Source: a virus
Taxonomy: Duplodnaviria > Heunggongvirae > Uroviricota > Caudoviricetes
DNA length: 6,159 bases
IMG/VR virus record: IMGVR_UViG_2529293142_000024
Direction: 5' to 3' (one strand)
Under the pieces are notes generated by a model. That model saw only the letters and a program-made list of their open reading frames with translations, was not told the DNA's origin and did no database searches. Made by a program: the position numbers and the translations under genes. The first letter of the stretch is position 1; each line of letters starts with the position of its first letter. Shown here piece after piece: positions 1-4,963 of the stretch.

Positions 1-84
1 ATGGCGGGTTATTTGTCCTGGTTATTCCCCCGTTGTAAAATCTCTCCTAAACTTAACGGTACGGCACCACACTTCGGGGATGAA

Positions 85-276
85 ATGTTCGCGCTGGTAC
101 TTTTTGTTTGCTACCTGGATGGCGGTTGTGAAGATATTGTTGTGGATGTCTACAACACGGAACAGCAGTGTCTTTATTCTATGAGCGATCAACGGATCCG
201 CCATGGCGGTTGTTTTCCGATTGAGGATTTTATAGATGGTTTCTGGCGACCAGCACAGGAGTATGGTGATTTTTAA
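85..276 (+). CDS. yebW: small uncharacterized protein, YebW-like (63 aa)
   Basis: Frame-1 ORF ends at TAA 274-276. Internal ATG at 85 is preceded by GGGGA (76-80) as a Shine-Dalgarno; product is MFALVLFVCYLDGGCEDIVV...GDF. The ATG at nt 1 coincides with the window edge and has no visible RBS. Size and position convergent to pphA match the E. coli yebV-yebW-pphA order as I recall it. Confidence 0.5.
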   Translation: MFALVLFVCYLDGGCEDIVVDVYNTEQQCLYSMSDQRIRHGGCFPIEDFIDGFWRPAQEYGDF

Positions 277-933
277 TTATTGCAATTGCACAAGAGTCAG
301 TTCGCCCCCAAAGACAGCACCGGTATCAATATAATGCAGGTTGCCAATATCCACGCGATGTCGCAACGGTGTATGACCAAACCAGAAATGATCAGCACCT
401 GTAATTCCCTGCCCTTTTTGGCGTTCACCTAATCGCGAGCGGCTCCACAAGACCTGATGCAAATCAACGTCCTTTTGCCATTCATAAACATCATCTGGAT
501 AATCGGCATGAGCAATAACATGTTTGCCGGTACGACTGTGTACTTCAAGAATAAAGGGCAAATGCTGACATTTTTCCAGCGCCGTTTTCGCTTGTTTCTG
601 TTGATTATCTGCCAGCGCAATAAACCAGTCGCCGCCATTCATCAACCACAAAGACATCTGCTGGGATGCCAGCGCATCCATCGCCATCTGTTCATGATTG
701 CCTCTTACCGCACGAACCCAATGTTGTTCCAGTAACTGCAGGCAACGTAAACTTTGCGGCCCACGATCGATAACGTCTCCCACTGAGATAAGTAAATCTC
801 GCCACGGATCAAAACCACAATGCCATAATTTGCGGCGCAACTGCTCAAGACAACCGTGTATATCGCCAGAAAGCCAGATATGTCGCCATTGATGACCCGC
901 AATTCTCTGATAAACGGGCGCAGGCTGTTTCAT
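277..933 (-). CDS. pphA: serine/threonine protein phosphatase 1 (PrpA), calcineurin-like metallophosphatase
   Basis: Minus-strand ORF 277-936 starts at TTG in the ORF track; the ATG at 933-931 with a GGGAGG Shine-Dalgarno (complement of 943-948) gives 218 aa. Metallophosphatase motifs are visible: GDIHG, GDVIDRG, GNHE. The sequence matches my memory of E. coli PrpA almost residue for residue. Stop abuts the yebW stop (TAATTA at 274-279). Confidence 0.85.
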   Translation of the reverse strand: MKQPAPVYQRIAGHQWRHIWLSGDIHGCLEQLRRKLWHCGFDPWRDLLISVGDVIDRGPQSLRCLQLLEQHWVRAVRGNHEQMAMDALASQQMSLWLMNGGDWFIALADNQQKQAKTALEKCQHLPFILEVHSRTGKHVIAHADYPDDVYEWQKDVDLHQVLWSRSRLGERQKGQGITGADHFWFGHTPLRHRVDIGNLHYIDTGAVFGGELTLVQLQ

Positions 934-1064
934 CAATATTTTCCTCCCGCGCTAAAGATCACATAATCTTAACAAGAATGTTAAAAAACGCTGGACTCAG
1001 ACAGTAGAGTGTGTGTTATGGTTGACTATAAAGTCAGCGAAGGAAATGCTTCTGGCTTTTAACA

Positions 1065-1100
1065 GATAAAAAGAGACCGAACACGATTCCTGTTTTCGTC
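1065..1100 (-). ncRNA. SdsR/RyeB-like sRNA 3' terminator fragment (hairpin plus U5); the 5' body of the sRNA is not present adjacent to it
   Basis: Minus-strand RNA reads GACGAAAACAGGAAUCGUGUUCGGUCUCUUUUUAUC. This is near-identical to the 3' end of enterobacterial SdsR as I remember it (...GACCGAAUACAGGAAUCGUAUUCGGUCUCUUUUU). The hairpin is imperfect here (one bulge, one mismatch). Location upstream of pphA matches the K-12 pphA-sdsR/ryeA-yebY arrangement. Sequence 5' of it on the same strand (1101-1260) is 25% GC and unlike SdsR. Confidence 0.35.
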
Positions 1101-1470
1101 AACAAACAACAAAATCTTTTAGAATTAATGTGTTAAATAAATTTATGCTCATCTTTTAATCTCTAACACGTACTATTACATATTAATACATTCAATTAGT
1201 TACCATTTTTTTCGAGTTTTTTAGAGAAATTTTCGGGAATATTTCAGGTCAATCCATGCATACACAAGCAATTCCTGTATTGAATAATTCCGTAGCAATT
1301 ATGTAAAATCATCTCCGGCTGATTTTCATTCAAACTCGCGCTATCGAATAGCACAAAGCCTTGCAATCCAGTGCAAAGCTTTGTGTGTATGAGTTTTTTC
1401 TCACATCACCAGGCAATCATCAAACTCCGTATTCCTGGCGTCATTAATTATGTAAGTGATCACCACGAAT

Positions 1471-1498
1471 ATAGCCAGTGCAGAATAGCCAGTGCAGA
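1471..1498. repeat. perfect tandem duplication of a 14-bp unit (ATAGCCAGTGCAGA x2)
   Basis: Read directly: atagccagtgcaga at 1471-1484 and again at 1485-1498. Function unknown. Confidence 0.9.
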
Positions 1499-1730
1499 AC
1501 TGTAACCATCATCATCTTCTGGCAGCGCTTCCCTTCTCCCGTTATCCAGATTAACCGGGTGGTGCTGAGGATGAGTCCGATATCGCTTGATCCTGAATTC
1601 CACATCTATAGCAAAGCGGAAGGATGTCTCAATGTCGTGGACACACAGTGTTACAGCCACAAATCTATAGCCTAAGAAAGGTTTATTTTGTAATTAAAGA
1701 AGATTTTAAAAACCAGATTACTCATTCATA

Positions 1731-1759
1731 TAGACACCAATCCCCTACAGTCATAAAAT
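1731..1759 (+). promoter_or_regulatory. candidate sigma70 promoter for the acyltransferase gene
   Basis: TAGACA (1731-1736), 17-bp spacer, TAAAAT (1754-1759), about 43 bp upstream of the ATG at 1802. Followed by AAGAGG Shine-Dalgarno (1790-1795). Sequence-only prediction in an AT-rich region, so false-positive risk is high. Confidence 0.3.
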
Positions 1760-1801
1760 GCCTCTTTTGAATTGCTTTATCTTCATAACAAGAGGTTATT
1801 G

Positions 1802-2945
1802 ATGCTTCGCCACTTAACAGGACTCAGATTTATAGCTGCATTAATGGTTTATTTATGCCATTTAAATACAGACTATTTTGGTGTTTTTGTAAAAGAAATG
1901 TTTTCTCAGGGATTTATTGGCGTTTCCTTTTTCTTTATTTTATCTGGCTTCATTCTTTCATATTCATATGAAGACAAGCTAAAAAATGAAGTAACAAGTA
2001 AAAGACAGTTTATTCTTTTAAGATTGGCAAGAATTGTTCCAATGCATCTATTATTAGCCATGCCATTTATTTTACTAACCATTCACTTAAAGAACTTTGA
2101 TTTTTCAAAAACCTTAACAAATATTTTATTAATGCAAAGTTGGATACCAAAGGAGGATTACTACTTCTCATTAAATGGTGTATCATGGTCTTTGTCTGAT
2201 GAGCTGTTTTTTTATTTAATGTTTATTCCGTTGATTTATACATCAATTACAAAGAAAGTAATCACTGCAATATCAATTATAACTCTACTATTAACTATAT
2301 ATTTTTTAAAAATATACAAACAGAAGAACTTAATCACTGGTTATATTATATATTCCCAGTAAGCCGCTTGGTAGAATTTATTTGCGGCATGATTATTTAC
2401 GCTTGCTGGAAAAACAGCCGACAGCCGACAGCCGACAGCCGACAGCCGACAGCCGACAGCCGACAGCCGACAGCCGACAGCCGACAGCCGACAGCCGACA
2501 GCCGACAGCCGACAGCCGACAGCCGACAGCCGACAGCCGACAGCCGACAGCCGACAGCCGACAGCCTTTTGTTTTTAATTTCACTATTACCTCTGCTAAT
2601 AGCTATATATTATAGCAACAACATAAATAATAGTCTACGTTATTCGTTATATTATTTACTCCCCATGGTAATATTCTTTACTTCATGCATCTATCTAAGA
2701 AATGGAGTCATTCATACTATCCTCAGTTCAAAAACCCTAGAGCTATTAGGGAAATCATCATTTATTTTTATTTAATTCATCAACCCATTATATTATTTTG
2801 CTTTAAAATCTTTGGACATAACCCCGGACCACTCTATTTAATAGCGCTCCTTGTTATAATAACCATAGTCTCAATCATACTTTATAAATTAGTTGAGGAG
2901 CCTTTAGAGCTGATGCTAAGAAAACGAATTTTAGCAGTAAAATAA
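1802..2945 (+). pseudogene. acyltransferase family 3 (O-antigen/LPS O-acetyltransferase-like) integral membrane protein gene; frame-disrupted as sequenced, carrying an in-frame (CAGCCGA)21 tract
   Basis: Three consecutive ORF fragments in frames 2, 1 and 0 (1772-2362, 2368-2775, 2685-2945) together read as one AT3 protein of about 380 aa. Family hallmarks: N-terminus MLRHLTGLRFIAALMVYLCHL, motif VSWSLSDELFFY, R-x-VEFICGMIIYA, C-terminal GKSSFIF/YLIHQPII and LVEEP. ATG at 1802 has a good Shine-Dalgarno; the ORF-track start at 1772 is TTG. Frame breaks map to the T6A5 run (2302-2312) and the T5 run (2764-2768); each is repaired by +1 nt. About 28% GC against about 45-50% in flanking genes. Confidence 0.7.
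2415..2566 (+). repeat. simple-sequence repeat: 21 perfect copies of heptanucleotide CAGCCGA plus a partial copy (CAGCC), inside the acyltransferase coding region
   Basis: Counted directly: units start at 2415 + 7k for k = 0..20, then cagcc at 2562-2566. In the gene frame the tract encodes (SRQPTAD)x7. The tract is 71% GC. Confidence 0.97.
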
Positions 2946-2947
2946 AT

Positions 2948-2971
2948 AAAACCGCGCTATTGCGCGGTTTT
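2948..2971. terminator. bidirectional intrinsic terminator between the acyltransferase (+) and the phage tail operon (-)
   Basis: AAAACCGCGC (2948-2957), loop TATT, GCGCGGTTTT (2962-2971): a 10-bp stem with 6 GC pairs, flanked by A/T runs so a U-tract follows on either strand. It lies 3 bp after the acyltransferase stop (2943-2945) and overlaps the last codons and stop (2959-2957) of the minus-strand small ORF. Confidence 0.55.
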
Positions 2972-3136
2972 ATCTTCAGGCTTGATGAATTTTTTACCGT
3001 CATATGACCAGCCAATACCAACATCTCCAACACATTTAACTATATCCGCTTTTTCTGTCTTAAACTCTGACTTACCATCCCATACAACAAGATTTGTAAC
3101 GACACCATTTTGTACGACTGCATAAATATCGCTCAT
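2957..3136 (-). CDS. small phage protein (59 aa), function unknown; possibly a short or truncated tail-fibre accessory/assembly-like protein
   Basis: ATG at 3136-3134 overlaps the tail-fibre stop (TAATG). GGGAG Shine-Dalgarno at 3149-3145 with an 8-nt spacer. Product MSDIYAVVQNGVVTNLVVWDGKSEF...KTAQ. The ORF track extends it to a GTG at 3151. No family recognised with confidence. Confidence 0.45.
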   Translation of the reverse strand: MSDIYAVVQNGVVTNLVVWDGKSEFKTEKADIVKCVGDVGIGWSYDGKKFIKPEDKTAQ

Positions 3137-3729
3137 TACTGATACTCCCACACAAGAATATATCCCTGATTTCCATTATTTCCTGTCGCTGGGCCTGATG
3201 ACGCCTTATTGTATTTACCTGTCCCGCCAATACCGTATGTCCCAAGCATAGTAGTGGTTATACTTTCAACGCCAATCGCCTGATCATCACCAAGTCCAAG
3301 TGCCCCACATAAATTTGATCGTGAAACTGAATGGAACAGAATCCCTTGCCCTGTAGGAATTGGTGCTTCTGTTGCACTTCCCCCTGAAAATGGAGGTACC
3401 TGCTGAACTTGAGTTGATCCCCTTCCTCCCGGGCATACAAGCAAATCACCAAAGCTTGTATTCCCGCCGTCACCTCCAGAGCCTCCTGGTCCTGTTCCTG
3501 CTACACCACCGCTTCCAATAGTTACTTGCACGGATTCAGGTATAGACTGATAAAAAAATGCTTTAGCATATGCCCCGTTGGAACCGGCAGCACTTACACC
3601 ACAGTTATTTGAGGCTGTTGCTGATAAATTGCCACTGGCACCACCACCGCCAACGGCTTCCACTATAATTTTCGTTACACCAGGTGATTTGTGATAAGTC
3701 CCAGATGATCCAAATACCTGAACCCCCAA
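3136..3729 (-). CDS. tail fibre protein, glycine-rich C-terminal segment (probably the distal part of one fibre gene interrupted at 3782-3788)
   Basis: ORF with a TTG start and no credible Shine-Dalgarno. Gly-rich stretches (VEAVGGGGASG, GSGGVAGTGPGGSGGDGGNT) typical of phage fibre distal domains. Its frame is open upstream to the TAA at 3789-3787, directly after the A7 run of the upstream ORF. Confidence 0.6.
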   Translation of the reverse strand: MGVQVFGSSGTYHKSPGVTKIIVEAVGGGGASGNLSATASNNCGVSAAGSNGAYAKAFFYQSIPESVQVTIGSGGVAGTGPGGSGGDGGNTSFGDLLVCPGGRGSTQVQQVPPFSGGSATEAPIPTGQGILFHSVSRSNLCGALGLGDDQAIGVESITTTMLGTYGIGGTGKYNKASSGPATGNNGNQGYILVWEYQ

Positions 3730-3755
3730 AAGCCTTCCTGTTCCATCACCAAGTG

Positions 3756-4283
3756 TTAAATATTGTAGAGTTTCCGATACGTTTTTTTACTTAAAATTTC
3801 CCTACCATTTTGAGTCAGCACTGTCATATCCATTGTTCCAGCACCTGTAAAAAATGCCAGCCCATCCGGTATTCCTGTTAAGCTCGACAATGATGTCAGA
3901 TTATCATTTTTATCCTGTTTATCATTCAGAATGTCTGTCATTCCCAGGTTTTCGAGAGCCGTTTGCACAGTGCCATCCGATTTGATATCGCCAAACGGAT
4001 TCTTGCGGCTCAGGTATTCAACAGCAAACCCCGATCCCAGCAATTCAACAAAACCGGGCAGATCACCATTATCAAGCACATCCCGTTGCGTTTTGTCACT
4101 TACAAACTGGGCCAGAGCTGCAGCAATAAAGCTGGCCTGCCGAATAACCTTATTGACTTGCGCACTGGATGCTTTCCCTGCTGTAAATCCGGATAAAAGC
4201 GCAGGCAACGCTTCCCATTCCTCCTGCGACATAACATTGGCATTCCGATCAGTTGCAAACGCTTTAAAGTCATTTTTCGCCAT
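3756..4283 (-). CDS. tail fibre protein, N-terminal (baseplate-proximal) segment
   Basis: Product [33 protein letters not shown]... resembles the conserved N-termini of P2/Mu-type side tail fibres. ATG at 4283-4281 overlaps the stop of the upstream gene (TGATG), with GGGAG at 4298-4294. The ORF track's alternative ATG at 4301 has no usable spacer. Ends at TAA 3758-3756, 10 codons after an A7 run. Confidence 0.65.
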   Translation of the reverse strand: MAKNDFKAFATDRNANVMSQEEWEALPALLSGFTAGKASSAQVNKVIRQASFIAAALAQFVSDKTQRDVLDNGDLPGFVELLGSGFAVEYLSRKNPFGDIKSDGTVQTALENLGMTDILNDKQDKNDNLTSLSSLTGIPDGLAFFTGAGTMDMTVLTQNGREILSKKTYRKLYNI

Positions 4284-4963
4284 CAGAGTAATACTCCCCA
4301 TGCCCCTACATCAAAACCACTGATGAATTCGTTATCCATATCAAAACCAAAAAATTTTGAACCTTCCGATGGAGTTTCCACCGAAGGTGTTTCAATGCCA
4401 CCCGCCCAAACCCCGGCGGCTTTTACTGTGAGATATCCCTGTTTAATTGCAGCAATTAACTCACGCGATACATCTGAAATATCAGTATCAGGAAAGAGCC
4501 AGACCGATATCGTCATGTCCTGGTTATCGACTATCTGCATTCGCAGTCCGGATCCTGCTGTCGCCGCGTCAAGAATTGCTGGAAGCGAATCATTCCGTCC
4601 GTCCCAGTTATTAATCGCAATCTTCGCTTTAAGGATGACACGATAAGTTTCATCGCTGAGGTACATGTATCCGGAATCAGGATCGTATGGCCCCTGCCAT
4701 ACACCCTGATCATATCCAAGCCCGTCGGTATCCCAGCTGAAATAGACACCTGAGATAGGCTGGCTGACAACACGGCTACGTCCGATCCACAATCCAAGAA
4801 TGTCAAGTTGCACACCAACCGCAGAGTCAATATCAAATGCAGTAATCAGCCCTCTGGTGGCAGCCGCAACATCAATAAGCGGCCGGGTCATCAGATCAAC
4901 ATGTGCAAGAAATTTAGGTTTGGTGGCGTGGTAGTTCGTGATCAGTTCGGTGTATTTGCTCAT
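4283..4963 (-). CDS. phage baseplate/tail protein, P2 gpI / Mu gp48-like by position (226 aa)
   Basis: ATG at 4963-4961 overlaps the stop of the J-like gene (ATGA). Sits between the baseplate J-like gene and the tail fibre, as gpI does in P2-type, Mu-type and R-pyocin-type tail modules. Assignment is mainly positional; no motif recognised with certainty. Confidence 0.5.
   Translation of the reverse strand: MSKYTELITNYHATKPKFLAHVDLMTRPLIDVAAATRGLITAFDIDSAVGVQLDILGLWIGRSRVVSQPISGVYFSWDTDGLGYDQGVWQGPYDPDSGYMYLSDETYRVILKAKIAINNWDGRNDSLPAILDAATAGSGLRMQIVDNQDMTISVWLFPDTDISDVSRELIAAIKQGYLTVKAAGVWAGGIETPSVETPSEGSKFFGFDMDNEFISGFDVGAWGVLL

Noticed and set aside
1-84. N-terminal extension of the yebW-like ORF back to the ATG at position 1
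   Set aside because: The ATG at nt 1 coincides with the window boundary and has no visible RBS. The internal ATG at 85 has a Shine-Dalgarno and gives the expected 63-aa product.
22-204. 60-codon minus-strand ORF antisense to yebW
   Set aside because: Shadow ORF on the opposite strand of a better-supported gene.
429-902. Four ORFs nested in or antisense to pphA (429-638 minus, 457-735 plus, 698-892 plus, 705-902 minus)
   Set aside because: They lie entirely inside the well-supported pphA coding region in other frames or strands, and have no start context or recognisable product.
1018-1062. 14-codon ORF (MVDYKVSEGNASGF) in the pphA upstream region
   Set aside because: No Shine-Dalgarno, not hydrophobic like type I toxins, and too short to support.
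937-1066. Search for a pphA promoter (sigma70 or sigma32 type) between pphA and the SdsR-like terminator
   Set aside because: No hexamer pair with acceptable spacing found by eye, so no promoter is reported here.
1101-1771. Integrase, tRNA or transposase at the island edge
   Set aside because: No cloverleaf-like tRNA sequence, no ORF with recombinase features, and no terminal inverted repeats typical of IS elements were found. The boundary is defined only by composition shifts and the SdsR-like fragment.
2415-2566. Possible CRISPR array
   Set aside because: The 7-bp units are contiguous with no spacers and far shorter than CRISPR repeats. This is a simple-sequence repeat inside a coding region.
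2382-2615. ORFs on both strands reading through the heptanucleotide tract in other frames (2382-2615 plus, 2393-2584 minus; products such as RLSAVGC repeats)
   Set aside because: They exist only because a perfect repeat has no stops in several frames. Their flanks lack protein-like sequence, and the acyltransferase frame accounts for the region.
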